Position numbers and translations under genes: made by a program
Notes under the pieces: generated by a model
The model's input: the letters and a program-made list of their open reading frames with translations, nothing else
The model's database searches: none
Told to the model about the DNA's origin: nothing
Shown here: positions 8,636 through 18,457 of the stretch, in pieces
Layout: each line of letters opens with the position of its first letter
Numbering within the stretch: the stretch's first letter is position 1
Assembly (NCBI GenBank): GCA_963831855.1
Contig: CAWHSA010000002.1
Coordinates: forward strand, 635,656 to 699,655
DNA length: 64,000 nucleotides
Source of the DNA: an uncultured Bacteroidales bacterium
Lineage (GTDB): Bacteria > Bacteroidota > Bacteroidia > Bacteroidales > VadinHA17
Direction of reading: 5' to 3'

Positions 8636-11614
8636 TCAGAACCTGAAGTATATGAACGGCATCAGATCGGTGGTCCTCATCTGAATTATTAATACAGCAA
8701 CAAGGAAAACTGCTGCCAGCTGTGCCGGCAGGGGAACCTGTATAAAAAGACCCCGGTATGCTTCCTTGACCTTTTCGGGAAGAAAATGAATAAGGTACCC
8801 TACAGCTATCAGTATGAAGACACTGCCATAGGCCGGAATCACTGTCATATACGAACCAGGAGAAAAGCTTCCGAAAATCTGCCTCAACATTATGGAAACC
8901 GAATTCATATCAGGGGCCCGGAAGAAGATCCAGCAGAAGCTTACAAAGTTAAAAGTTATAAAAACCGCAAGGGCACGTCCGAATTTATTCGATTTCAGGC
9001 GGTTACCAAAAACAGATTTCCATATTTTATTGAAAATCAGGCCAATGCCATGCAAACCACCCCAAATCACAAATCTTAGTGAAGCTCCGTGCCATAATCC
9101 GCCCAGCAGCATGGTGATTATAAGGTTCAATCCTGTCCTTATCTTTCCTTTCCTGTTGCCACCCAGCGAAATATAAAGATAATCCTTCAGCCACCTTGAA
9201 AGGGAAATATGCCATCGCTTCCAGAAATCAGCTATGCCTGAAGCCTTATATGGCGAATTGAAATTTATCGGAAGCCTGAAACCCATTATCAGGGCCAGCC
9301 CTATGGCAATGTCGGTATAGCCGGAGAAATCACAGTAAATCTGAAGGCCATACCCGTATACCGCCATCAGGTTCTCAAAACCCGAATAAACTGACGGGAG
9401 ATCAAAAACCCTGTCGACAAAATTCGTTGCAATAAAATCGGATATTATTATTTTCTTGATGAGACCTTTTGAGATCAGGAAAATCGAATGGCTGAATTCC
9501 CTTCTGGTCAGGCTGAAATCCCTGTAAAGTTGCGGAATGAACTCAGAAGCCCTTACAATGGGCCCTGCCACAAGCTGAGGGAAAAAAGAAACATAAAAGC
9601 CAAAATCGATAACATTTCTTACAGGCTCAAGCTTTCCCCTGTAGAGATCCAGAGTATAGCTGAGTGACTGGAAGGTAAAAAATGAAATCCCGACAGGAAG
9701 TATGATGTTGCTGATATCGAATGACGTTCCGAGATGAAGATTCGATAAAGAGGCAAGGAAGTCATATACAGGTATTGCTGTCCCAAAAACCTCATTAATT
9801 GTGTTTATGAAGAACCCTGTATATTTGAAATATGCCAGGAGGCTTAGGTTGGATATAAGGCTCAGAATTATGAAAAGCCTTTTAAATATCTTCTTCCTGG
9901 AATTGAATATTAAAATTCCACAAGTAAAATCTATAACTATGACCAGAATAAGAAGTGAGAGAAAAAGTCCGCCCGCCTTGTAGTAAAAGAAGAGACTTGC
10001 CAGAAGGAGGTAGAAATTCCTAAGAAAAAGCTTTCTGTAAACCAGGCTGTAACCTGCCATAATAATAAGGAAGAAAAGCCAGAAAGCCGGTGATGTAAAA
10101 ATAAATGGCTTCTGCGGGTCATATTTTAAAGTCCCGGTAATGGCAGTTTCAACCCACGCTTTTATTCCTGTTACTGCCCGGGCACTTTGATTCTGCCTAA
10201 TTAAAATTGTATCAGCCTTACCTTCATGATTTGCGGTAAGGGTCGTATCTTTTAGTACCAGCGTAAACATAGCCCTGGCTATCATTTTCGAAAGAGTATC
10301 TGCCCCCTGGTAAGTAAAATGCACATAATCTTTCTGTGCCAGGGGCGGCATTTTACGGGACCATGCTATAATTGCCGACTCTCCGCCCATTGCCCTGTAT
10401 GAGTCCCAGAATGCAGCTCCCGACTTTAAAGCTGCTTCTTTCTGTGATTCAATTATAGCCGGGATATTTTTATATGATCGAAGACTATCTCCCTCATTTG
10501 CAGCCATATCAGTGACTCCAATAATCAGGACGGGAGTCCCGGGAGCAACCTCTTTCAGTAGCAGGATCTGCCGTTCAAGCCCCTTCTGGTAATAGGAATA
10601 TTCTTCCCTCACGTTTTTAACAATATTCAACCCATAATGAATTATGATAAGATCAGGTGAAATGAGCCTGTAAGAATCCTTAAGATTTTTTTTATCCAGC
10701 AGAGTAAACTCCAGTCCCGCGCTTCCCCTCTGGGGTATGTTGTCGACAATAATCCCTGATTTGCTTTCTATGCTGATGCCATAAATATCGGGGCTTGTTG
10801 TGCCCTCAAATTCAATCTTTATGTCTCGTTCCCCGAGCAGATCGCAGGAGATCTCGTGCAAATCCTTACCGTCAGCAAGATAACCGTCAAATATTTCCCT
10901 GTCACCCCCTTTGACTGAAATTCTTACATGATTGGTGGAATTCGAATAAAATATTCTCAGGATATCATATTCCATAGATGCAGTATCTGCAGAAATGGAT
11001 GGAGTTATCCGGATGGTTGCTTTTTCAGGGACCGGTGAAACCGTGCCTTCCGGAAGATACCGGCAGATTGCCATGAAAGGACCAAGGGAATTCCGGCTTA
11101 TCTCTCCTTCCTTGTATGAAAGGTAGTTATATCGGGTCCAGTCAGGCGAAGACCTAAGCCACACAGACCTGGTGTACATTACAGGCATGACAGGCAGGAA
11201 TAATCCGGGACCCGTCCCTCCTCTGCCTTTTCTTAAAAGGTAGCGAAGATAGAAAGTTATCCTGTCACCCTCAACCTGGGAATCGCCATAATACATGATC
11301 CTGACCTGACCCTTTGAATAATTTAAAGAGTCGAGGAAAGGCTGAAGCGGATTAACTGGTATTATTTTTCTTACTGATGGTCCGACGCCATTATGATCAG
11401 CTGAAGATGTATCTTCAAGGACCAGCGCTTTGCTTATTTTCAGGGAATCAGGATAACCGGCAGAAATGAGTTTCTCACCTGTTCCTTCTGCCGTAAGGAA
11501 CGGTATAAACTCTTTCAATGATGGGAATAATCCGGCTGAAGGGAAAAGATAACAAAGACCGGTAAGGGCAGCCAGGAAGACAAGCAATAATAAAAACGAC
11601 CTGAAAGGGCGCAT
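8636..11614 (-). CDS. Fusion protein: N-terminal SGNH/GDSL-like domain + C-terminal MBOAT O-acyltransferase
   Basis: 992 aa with a signal/anchor helix. SGNH blocks are YYGDSQVEG (I), HYGLN (III) and DYVHF (V). About 11 TM helices follow, with MBOAT hallmarks (FWKRWHISLSRWLKDYLYISLGGNRKG, LGGLWHGAS). Confidence 0.8.
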   Translation of the reverse strand: MRPFRSFLLLLVFLAALTGLCYLFPSAGLFPSLKEFIPFLTAEGTGEKLISAGYPDSLKISKALVLEDTSSADHNGVGPSVRKIIPVNPLQPFLDSLNYSKGQVRIMYYGDSQVEGDRITFYLRYLLRKGRGGTGPGLFLPVMPVMYTRSVWLRSSPDWTRYNYLSYKEGEISRNSLGPFMAICRYLPEGTVSPVPEKATIRITPSISADTASMEYDILRIFYSNSTNHVRISVKGGDREIFDGYLADGKDLHEISCDLLGERDIKIEFEGTTSPDIYGISIESKSGIIVDNIPQRGSAGLEFTLLDKKNLKDSYRLISPDLIIIHYGLNIVKNVREEYSYYQKGLERQILLLKEVAPGTPVLIIGVTDMAANEGDSLRSYKNIPAIIESQKEAALKSGAAFWDSYRAMGGESAIIAWSRKMPPLAQKDYVHFTYQGADTLSKMIARAMFTLVLKDTTLTANHEGKADTILIRQNQSARAVTGIKAWVETAITGTLKYDPQKPFIFTSPAFWLFFLIIMAGYSLVYRKLFLRNFYLLLASLFFYYKAGGLFLSLLILVIVIDFTCGILIFNSRKKIFKRLFIILSLISNLSLLAYFKYTGFFINTINEVFGTAIPVYDFLASLSNLHLGTSFDISNIILPVGISFFTFQSLSYTLDLYRGKLEPVRNVIDFGFYVSFFPQLVAGPIVRASEFIPQLYRDFSLTRREFSHSIFLISKGLIKKIIISDFIATNFVDRVFDLPSVYSGFENLMAVYGYGLQIYCDFSGYTDIAIGLALIMGFRLPINFNSPYKASGIADFWKRWHISLSRWLKDYLYISLGGNRKGKIRTGLNLIITMLLGGLWHGASLRFVIWGGLHGIGLIFNKIWKSVFGNRLKSNKFGRALAVFITFNFVSFCWIFFRAPDMNSVSIMLRQIFGSFSPGSYMTVIPAYGSVFILIAVGYLIHFLPEKVKEAYRGLFIQVPLPAQLAAVFLVAVLIIQMRTTDLMPFIYFRF

Positions 11615-11621
11615 ATTTTAA

Positions 11622-13184
11622 TCAGGAATCACTCTTCCTCTTGATCTTAAGCTTTTGCCCAACCTGTATCTTCTGGGGATCCGAAATGTTGTTCAGTGAA
11701 AGTACCTCGCTTGTTGTTACATCTCCGTATAATTTTACAATATCCCATATTGTATCTCCGTAACGGACCGTATAAGTTATGTAATCGCCATCGGTCTCAT
11801 CCGGAAAGGGTATTGCAGAAGCCTGGATAGTGCTGTTTGCAGTCACGCTCTTTCCGATCATTGCCTGCTTATCGGCAAACGACATTGAATTAACATTTGA
11901 ATAATATTCTGATTTTGAAGGATCTATATAAACTACCAGCTTCTGGCCAACCCTTATGGTATTGCGGTAAATATTGTTCCAGTATCTCAGCTCGGATAGT
12001 CCCACCTTGTACCATTCTGAAATAAATCCCAGGTTGTCTCCATCCCTGACAGTATAGATCAGCTTAGTTTTCCCCTTTATATCAACCGGAGTAAAGCTTG
12101 TTCTGGAGGGATTATCAATGACTGTTGTCTTACTTAGATAGATCTCCGGTTTGAACCTTCTTATGGTATCGTTCAGGTCGATAAAATCACCCAGGTGGCT
12201 TATAGGCAAAGTCAGGGCAAGGGGTTTTGATGATCCCGGCACCAGCCCGGTGCGGTATTGGGGATTAAGTGCCCGGAGTTCTCCAAGAGGAATCTTCATC
12301 ACTTCTGAAATCTGGGCAAGATGAATATCCTTGTTTACCATTATTGTATCGAAGGCAACAGGAATATTTACTGCCAGTGGCCTGATATTGTGTTCACGGT
12401 AATAATTAACTCCATAAGCAGCAGCAATATACTGCGGCATATAGCCCCTTGTTTCGCGTGGTAACCTGTAATAGATCTCCCAGTAATCCTTCTTGTTTCC
12501 CGATCGCCTGATTGCTTTGTTAACATTGCCCGGACCGCAGTTGTAGGCTGCAATTACAAGGGTCCAGTCTTTATAGATACTATATAGATCTTTAATATAT
12601 CTGGCAGCAGCATGGGTTGATTTAACAGGATCTCTTCGTTCATCGACAATTGAATTTATGGTAAGCCCGTACATTCTTCCCGTACTGTACATGAATTGCC
12701 ATAATCCGGTTGCGCCCATCCTGGAAACTGCATTTACATTCAAAGCCGATTCGATGACAGCCATATACTTCAGCTCTGTTGGCAATCCATATGAATCAAA
12801 AATATCCTCGATCATCGGAAAATAGTAGCCCATGAGTCCGAGAACAGCGCTGAATTTATCTCTTTGCTTTATGGTATATACATGAATATGGTTCCTGATT
12901 ATGCTCATGTATGGAAGCTGAATTATTGAATTGATCCTCCGCAGCCTGCTGATATACACAGAGTCAGGATACTGGATCCCGCCGGTGTCATCGGAAAATG
13001 TACCCGGATTATTGAGCAGCGCCATTTTTACATACCAGCTGTTCACCAGGCTGTCGAGGTTGGCGGCGATTCTTATTGAATCATTATCGGACCGGATAAA
13101 AATTGTATCAGTAGGAGCAGATGTTCCGGCACTCACTAAAAAAGGAAGGATCACAAAGAGCAATAAGGTAAATGTCTTTTTCAT
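11622..13184 (-). CDS. mltD: Lytic murein transglycosylase with LysM domains (MltD-like)
   Basis: Signal peptide. SLT catalytic region AVIESALN..S..GATGLWQFM...AAYNCGPGNV. C-terminal LysM repeats (YTVRDGDNLGFISEWY..., YTVRYGDTIWDIVKLY...). Confidence 0.88.
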   Translation of the reverse strand: MKKTFTLLLFVILPFLVSAGTSAPTDTIFIRSDNDSIRIAANLDSLVNSWYVKMALLNNPGTFSDDTGGIQYPDSVYISRLRRINSIIQLPYMSIIRNHIHVYTIKQRDKFSAVLGLMGYYFPMIEDIFDSYGLPTELKYMAVIESALNVNAVSRMGATGLWQFMYSTGRMYGLTINSIVDERRDPVKSTHAAARYIKDLYSIYKDWTLVIAAYNCGPGNVNKAIRRSGNKKDYWEIYYRLPRETRGYMPQYIAAAYGVNYYREHNIRPLAVNIPVAFDTIMVNKDIHLAQISEVMKIPLGELRALNPQYRTGLVPGSSKPLALTLPISHLGDFIDLNDTIRRFKPEIYLSKTTVIDNPSRTSFTPVDIKGKTKLIYTVRDGDNLGFISEWYKVGLSELRYWNNIYRNTIRVGQKLVVYIDPSKSEYYSNVNSMSFADKQAMIGKSVTANSTIQASAIPFPDETDGDYITYTVRYGDTIWDIVKLYGDVTTSEVLSLNNISDPQKIQVGQKLKIKRKSDS

Positions 13185-13191
13185 TCTTTAA

Positions 13192-13860
13192 CTAAAAGGT
13201 TACTTTAAGACTTAAATTCACTACAGGATCTGCCTGTCCTCCAACACGTACAACAACGGGCTGAACCTTTAATTCAATATCATCCTTTACATCATAATTA
13301 AACAAACTGGCATCAACATTTGCATCAAGTACCGTGAAAAGATACCATGCCGCGATGCCAATATACGAAAGATCGCGATATCTTTTAAAATAATCTACCT
13401 GTGCTAACATTCTTTCCTTATACCATTCGGTAGTTGAAGAGACAGCCGTCTTTGGAAAAAGAACAGGGTCATAAGTGGAAGGATCCACATTTTTGATGAG
13501 ATCGAGGTAAGATTTTGTCTCCGGAATTTTATCGGTGAAATCCTGGTAAGCTTTCAGGAAGATATTGTATTCTTTTGAATTAAAGCTTATTGCATAAACG
13601 AGTCCGCCAAAACCTGCATAAACAAACGGGACCTTCCAGTACTTCCTGTTATAAATCTGACCTAGTCCCGGTAATGCAACCGCCAGCATAGTTGCCCTGA
13701 AGGGTTCTGCTTTAAAAACTTTTTTTACCGGTTCAGCTACGGACAAAGTGTCCTGGGCAAAAATGTTCTGCTGATTCCAGAACAGCTGCAAAAGTAGAAT
13801 TATCGTTATTTTATAATACGCCTTCAAAATAAATAAATACCAGGATTGCCCCGGAATCAA
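13192..13860 (-). CDS. DUF5683-family membrane protein
   Basis: LPGLGQIYNRKYWKVPFVYAGFGG motif, and the position between parB and mltD that is conserved in Bacteroidota. Confidence 0.65.
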   Translation of the reverse strand: MIPGQSWYLFILKAYYKITIILLLQLFWNQQNIFAQDTLSVAEPVKKVFKAEPFRATMLAVALPGLGQIYNRKYWKVPFVYAGFGGLVYAISFNSKEYNIFLKAYQDFTDKIPETKSYLDLIKNVDPSTYDPVLFPKTAVSSTTEWYKERMLAQVDYFKRYRDLSYIGIAAWYLFTVLDANVDASLFNYDVKDDIELKVQPVVVRVGGQADPVVNLSLKVTF

Positions 13861-13888
13861 TAAAACGGCGCGATAAAGATAATTATTT

Positions 13889-14776
13889 TCAGGAGTTCAG
13901 GCGATCAAAGATCCCTAAAATGCGCTCCATTTCCCCGGGATTTTCAAATGGGATCACTATTTTTCCTTTGCCAAGTTCGTTTATTCTGAAGCTAACTTTT
14001 GCAGAAAAAATCTTATTCAGATGGTCGGACAACTGGGCAAAATCCTGATTCAGCTTCTTTTTTCTTTCAATCTTTTCAGGGTCTTTTGACTGTTCGGACT
14101 GCAGCTGCCTGACAAGCTCTTCTGCCTGACGAACTGAAAGATCGCCATCTATTATCTTGTAGTAAACTGTGATTTGTTTCTTAGGATCTTCTATATTGAC
14201 CAGTGTGCGTGCATGGCCCATCATAAGGTTCTTATTCTTGATCCCCAGCTGGATCTCTGCAGGTAATTTAAGGAGTCTCAGGTAGTTAGCAACTGTGGAT
14301 CTCTGCTTCCCCACCCTTTCGCTCAGCTGTTCCTGAGTCAGTCTGCATTCCTCGATAAGACGCTGAAAACTGATAGCAACTTCAACAGCATCCAGATCTT
14401 CGCGCTGGATATTTTCAACAAGCGCAAGCTCAAGCATCGCCTGGTCATCTGCGGTACGGATGTATGCCGGCACATGTGTCAGCCCGGCCAGCCTTGCAGC
14501 TCTCAGGCGCCTTTCACCTGCAATAAGCTGGTATCTTCCGCCTCCCGTTTCCCTTACAGTAAGTGGCTGGACGATTCCCAGTTTTCTTATTGAAGCAGCA
14601 AGCTCTTCCAGAGCCTGTTCATCAAAACTGGTCCTCGGCTGAAAAGGATTACCGTCAATAGAATCAACAGAAATATCCTGATTGGCCTCAACTTTTTTCT
14701 CAAGAACCTCTTTTTCAACACCTTCTATCAGTGCTCCCAAACCTCTTCCCAGCGCATTCTTCTTTGTCATTTCCAT
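13889..14776 (-). CDS. parB: Chromosome partitioning protein ParB
   Basis: GRGLGALI N-terminus, ParB box LIAGERRLRAA, HTH region RSTVANYLRLLKLP. Confidence 0.95.
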   Translation of the reverse strand: MEMTKKNALGRGLGALIEGVEKEVLEKKVEANQDISVDSIDGNPFQPRTSFDEQALEELAASIRKLGIVQPLTVRETGGGRYQLIAGERRLRAARLAGLTHVPAYIRTADDQAMLELALVENIQREDLDAVEVAISFQRLIEECRLTQEQLSERVGKQRSTVANYLRLLKLPAEIQLGIKNKNLMMGHARTLVNIEDPKKQITVYYKIIDGDLSVRQAEELVRQLQSEQSKDPEKIERKKKLNQDFAQLSDHLNKIFSAKVSFRINELGKGKIVIPFENPGEMERILGIFDRLNS

Positions 14777-14804
14777 TGCGTTTAAATTTGAATCTTAAAA
14801 CGTT

Positions 14805-15587
14805 TCATGCGGTCTTTAATCTTGCTTCTTCCTTTTCGAGCATCTCCTTGGCAAGATTGAGATAATTAACTGTCCCTCTTGAATCAGCATCATAGAGTAT
14901 TGCCGGCTGGCCAAAGCTGGGTGCTTCGGAAAGTTTGACATTCCTCTGGATTATAGTTTTGAAGACCATCTGCTGGAAATGCTTATTTACCTCATCGGCT
15001 ACCTGGTTTGATAGCCTGAGCCTTGCATCATACATTGTCAGAAGGAATCCTTCAATTTCAAGTTCTGAATTCAGGTTATTCTGGATTATCTTGATGGTAT
15101 TCAGAAGTTTGCCAAGTCCTTCAAGGGCAAAATACTCGCACTGGACAGGAATTATCACAGAATTTGATGCAGTAAGTGCATTAACTGTCAGCAACCCCAG
15201 CGACGGGGAACAATCCACAAGCAGATAGTCATAATCATCCCTGATCTTATACAGCACATTTTTGAGGATCCTTTCCCTTTCAGGCCTGTCGAGCATTTCA
15301 ATTTCAGCACCAACGAGGTCAATATTGGATGGCATTAAAAAAAGATTCTCCACCTCACACTCCATAATCGATTCCCGGGGTTCCTTACCGTCAATCAGGC
15401 AATCATAAATCGTGCATTTAATCTGACGTGTATCAACTCCGATCCCTGAAGTTGCATTTGCCTGAGGATCGGCATCCACTATAAGCACTTTCCGTTCCAG
15501 TGCCGCCAGACTGGCTGCCAGATTGATCGCCGTAGTTGTCTTGCCCACCCCGCCTTTCTGATTTGCTATCGCTATTATCCTTCCCAT
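14805..15587 (-). CDS. parA: Chromosome partitioning ATPase ParA/Soj
   Basis: Deviant Walker A NQKGGVGKTTT, with VDADPQANAT and LVDCSPSLG motifs. Immediately upstream of parB. Confidence 0.95.
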   Translation of the reverse strand: MGRIIAIANQKGGVGKTTTAINLAASLAALERKVLIVDADPQANATSGIGVDTRQIKCTIYDCLIDGKEPRESIMECEVENLFLMPSNIDLVGAEIEMLDRPERERILKNVLYKIRDDYDYLLVDCSPSLGLLTVNALTASNSVIIPVQCEYFALEGLGKLLNTIKIIQNNLNSELEIEGFLLTMYDARLRLSNQVADEVNKHFQQMVFKTIIQRNVKLSEAPSFGQPAILYDADSRGTVNYLNLAKEMLEKEEARLKTA

Positions 15588-15854
15588 TTTTTCTGATCCC
15601 TGTTTAGTTTGTAATGAGCTTCAAATTTACTATTTAAAGCACCACTGCCTCCGGAGAAAAAAGATGTAATTGTAAACATTTTTTTGTGGTTTTCAACATG
15701 TTATTAACAATGACTGATTTCTCATCATCTTATAAAATACTGACCTGTTGCACTTTAGAGAGCCGGATGGATTTTGTTGAAAAATAAAAATATTATTCCC
15801 TGAAACAGTGATCCGCACTTTTATTTTAATCTTGTACATTACAACTTATAATAA

Positions 15855-16820
15855 ATGAATATGGCAGCAAATCCTGTTCTCAGCGAGTGGTTCACAGTAG
15901 TTAATCCAAACGCAGGCAATGGAAAGGGCAAGAAGGACTGGGAGCGGATCTCCGGGCTTCTCCGCAGGGCAGATATTCCTATCCGGCCAATGTTCACACG
16001 GGCAAAAGAGGATGCGATTGAATATACCAGGGAAGCGATCAGATCGGGGTTGAGGAAGATAATCATTGTCGGAGGCGACGGAACGCTGAATGAAGTGATT
16101 AACGGGATTTTTACCCAGGACATATGCCCTGCGGTGGAGATCGTTGTTTCAATGATACCTGTGGGAACAGGTAATGACTGGGGTCGCATGTTCGGTATAC
16201 CGCTGGTTTACGAGGGTGCTGTAAATGTCATTAAAGAGAATAAAACGCTCCTTCATGATATTGGAATTATAACTTATTATTCCGGCAGTGAAAAACAAAA
16301 AAGGTATTTTATAAATATAGCCGGAATAGGATTTGAGGCAATGGTTGTCAGGAAGACAAATAAACAGAAAGACAAGGGCAGAAGCAGTACACCGATATAC
16401 TTTTATAATCTTCTCACCAGTCTTGTCGCATTCAAAAAGACAAATGCCGAAATAATAATTGACGGCAAAAAGATAACCAGCAGAATATTCTCAATAAATG
16501 TGGGGAACGGGAGGTATTGCGGAGGAGGTATGAGGCAAACACCTGAAGCGCTGCCTGATGACGGCCTCCTGGATATTACAGTAATTAAAGAAATGGGACG
16601 GGTCGAGATTATAAAAAGTCTGAAAATACTTTATGACGGAACCATCCTCAGCCATCCGAAGGTTGATGGTTATCGTGCTAATAATATGATTGTTACCACG
16701 GAGTCTCTGCTTTATGCCGAAGCTGACGGGGAATCACTCGGCCATACGCCGGTTGAATTCAGCATTATCCCTGCTGCAATAAATGTGATTTACGGGACAA
16801 AGATCATTCAGTCACCCTGA
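15855..16820 (+). CDS. Diacylglycerol kinase-family lipid kinase (YegS/DagK-like)
   Basis: DAGK catalytic-domain motifs VVNPNAGNGKG and IIVGGDGTLNEV. Confidence 0.85.
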   Translation: MNMAANPVLSEWFTVVNPNAGNGKGKKDWERISGLLRRADIPIRPMFTRAKEDAIEYTREAIRSGLRKIIIVGGDGTLNEVINGIFTQDICPAVEIVVSMIPVGTGNDWGRMFGIPLVYEGAVNVIKENKTLLHDIGIITYYSGSEKQKRYFINIAGIGFEAMVVRKTNKQKDKGRSSTPIYFYNLLTSLVAFKKTNAEIIIDGKKITSRIFSINVGNGRYCGGGMRQTPEALPDDGLLDITVIKEMGRVEIIKSLKILYDGTILSHPKVDGYRANNMIVTTESLLYAEADGESLGHTPVEFSIIPAAINVIYGTKIIQSP

Positions 16821-17925
16821 TCTCAAAAAGTGAGGGCCAGTTTTTCCCTGTGACAAAGATCCTGCCTGAGGCCTTGTCCCAGGCAATTCCGTTTAATACC
16901 TTTACGCTTGTATCTGTATCCCGGTCATTAAGGATCCCCTTAAGATCAATATAGCCGAGAACCTTGCCTGAAACAGGGTCGATCCTTGCTATCAGGTCAG
17001 TCATCCATATATTGGCCCATATTTCCCCATTAATGTACTCAAGCTCATTAAGCTGGTCAACCTTTTTCCTGTTATCATATACTTCGAGCCTCGAAACAAC
17101 AGTAAACATTTCCGGTTCAAAGAAATACAGGATGTTTGTGCCATCGCTCATCACAATCATGTCATCCATTGTTGTAAGTCCCCACCCCTGCGTCTGATAA
17201 TAAATCTTGTTAATCTCCCTGAAGGTCGATTTTTCGTATACAAATCCAACTTTTGAGGTCCATGTTACCTGGTAGATCCGGTCCTTATATAATGTAATTC
17301 CCTCTCCGAACAATTCCGGACTGAGATTAAGCTGTCTCAGAACTTTTCCTGTTGTCAGCTCAACTTCCCTCAGGGTAGATCCTGCCTCCTGCCCCGTACC
17401 TTCATACAGAATTCCGTTATCATAAAAGAGGCCCTGGGTAAAAGCTTCCCTGTCATGCGGATAAGTATGAATGACTTTATATCCATATCTTCGGGGAACT
17501 ACATCAGAAAGAATTATCATGAACCTGGTGATAGTTGTTCTGGCTTTCCCCTCCCTGAAAGCAGTAACCTTCAGGGATTTTCTCCCTGTAGTTTTTGTCA
17601 TGGCTGCAGGAACAGAATATTCCCAGGGTGCATTCCGGAGTGTTAAAACCGGCTTACCGTCAAAAGAAATCGAAACTGAATCAGGCACCTGATTTTTACT
17701 TCCAGCTTCAAGGACAATCTTTATCGGATCGCCAAGCTTAAACTCAGAGTTTTCCGCCGGCGATCTCATTCTTATTAATACCAGGGATGCTTCAGGGGAA
17801 TTATTTACTGCAGTTCCTTTTTCCTCTGTGAATGTTTTTCCTGATCTCCCTGAGCATGAAATGGTCCAGGTGAAAAGAGTAAGACCCGAAAAAATCAGCA
17901 AATGCCTTATGCAATTACTTTTCAT
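16804..17925 (-). CDS. Glutaminyl-peptide cyclotransferase (beta-propeller type) with N-terminal Ig-like domain, lipoprotein
   Basis: C-terminal region YPHDREAFTQGLFYDNGILYEGTGQ...STLREV...TGKVL... fits the plant/bacterial-type glutamine cyclotransferase propeller. Start set at MKSNCIRHLLIFSGLTLFTWTISC (lipobox). The longer track ORF to 18117 would overlap the upstream gene. Confidence 0.75.
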   Translation of the reverse strand: MKSNCIRHLLIFSGLTLFTWTISCSGRSGKTFTEEKGTAVNNSPEASLVLIRMRSPAENSEFKLGDPIKIVLEAGSKNQVPDSVSISFDGKPVLTLRNAPWEYSVPAAMTKTTGRKSLKVTAFREGKARTTITRFMIILSDVVPRRYGYKVIHTYPHDREAFTQGLFYDNGILYEGTGQEAGSTLREVELTTGKVLRQLNLSPELFGEGITLYKDRIYQVTWTSKVGFVYEKSTFREINKIYYQTQGWGLTTMDDMIVMSDGTNILYFFEPEMFTVVSRLEVYDNRKKVDQLNELEYINGEIWANIWMTDLIARIDPVSGKVLGYIDLKGILNDRDTDTSVKVLNGIAWDKASGRIFVTGKNWPSLFEIRVTE

Positions 17926-18367
17926 CTTGTTTCTTTTTCTTAAAGAATAAACGTTTAAGGATATTTCTTCCGTACGCTGCAATTTTCTTCTCTGCCTCTT
18001 TTTGCTGCAGTTCAAAAGGAAAGAGCATTTGCCATACTTCGCCCCAGCCCGGAAATCCTCCGATATTTTTGTCATCAATGTAAATGTCAGCATCAATCTT
18101 GCGGCTGACCGAATCATCCTCTATCTCTTCCGGATAATTTTTATTTACAGCATAGAATTCTATTCCGTTTTTCCTGCAGAACGCAACCGCTTCTTCAAGC
18201 TCCTTACCTGTTCTGAAAGTCCATAAAATCAGCCTTGCTCCTTTTTTCTCAAGCTCTTTAAGTGTCTGAAAAGCAAATAGCTTCTCTTTACCTATCTGCG
18301 GGTACTGATGTTCAACGATTGTTCCGTCAAAATCAACCGCTATTTTTATATTGTCTATGTCGTTCAT
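17915..18367 (-). CDS. Small HAD-superfamily phosphatase-like protein
   Basis: DxDGT nucleophile motif (IAVDFDGTIV) and a distal DD (IYIDDKN). Start taken at MNDIDNIK; the track ORF extends to 18439. Confidence 0.55.
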   Translation of the reverse strand: MNDIDNIKIAVDFDGTIVEHQYPQIGKEKLFAFQTLKELEKKGARLILWTFRTGKELEEAVAFCRKNGIEFYAVNKNYPEEIEDDSVSRKIDADIYIDDKNIGGFPGWGEVWQMLFPFELQQKEAEKKIAAYGRNILKRLFFKKKKQDEK

Positions 18368-18457
18368 AAGAGCATTCACTGCGAAGCCAAAATTAACCAA
18401 ATTGCCTTTATTACTGAAATTTATCTTAATTTTGCTCACCCTCCCAAGAATAATTTA

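Noticed and set aside
15588-15854. Possible oriC in the AT-rich gap next to parA.
   Set aside because: I saw no cluster of DnaA-box-like 9-mers (TTATCCACA and close variants) and no dnaA or dnaN nearby. It is more simply a divergent promoter region.
16804-18117. The full 437-aa track ORF for the glutaminyl cyclase, and the 18308 start for pssA.
   Set aside because: Both N-terminal extensions lack signal or fold features and overlap neighbouring genes. Internal Met codons give a lipoprotein signal (MKSNC...TISC) and a typical PssA N-terminus (MKKHIPNLITS).
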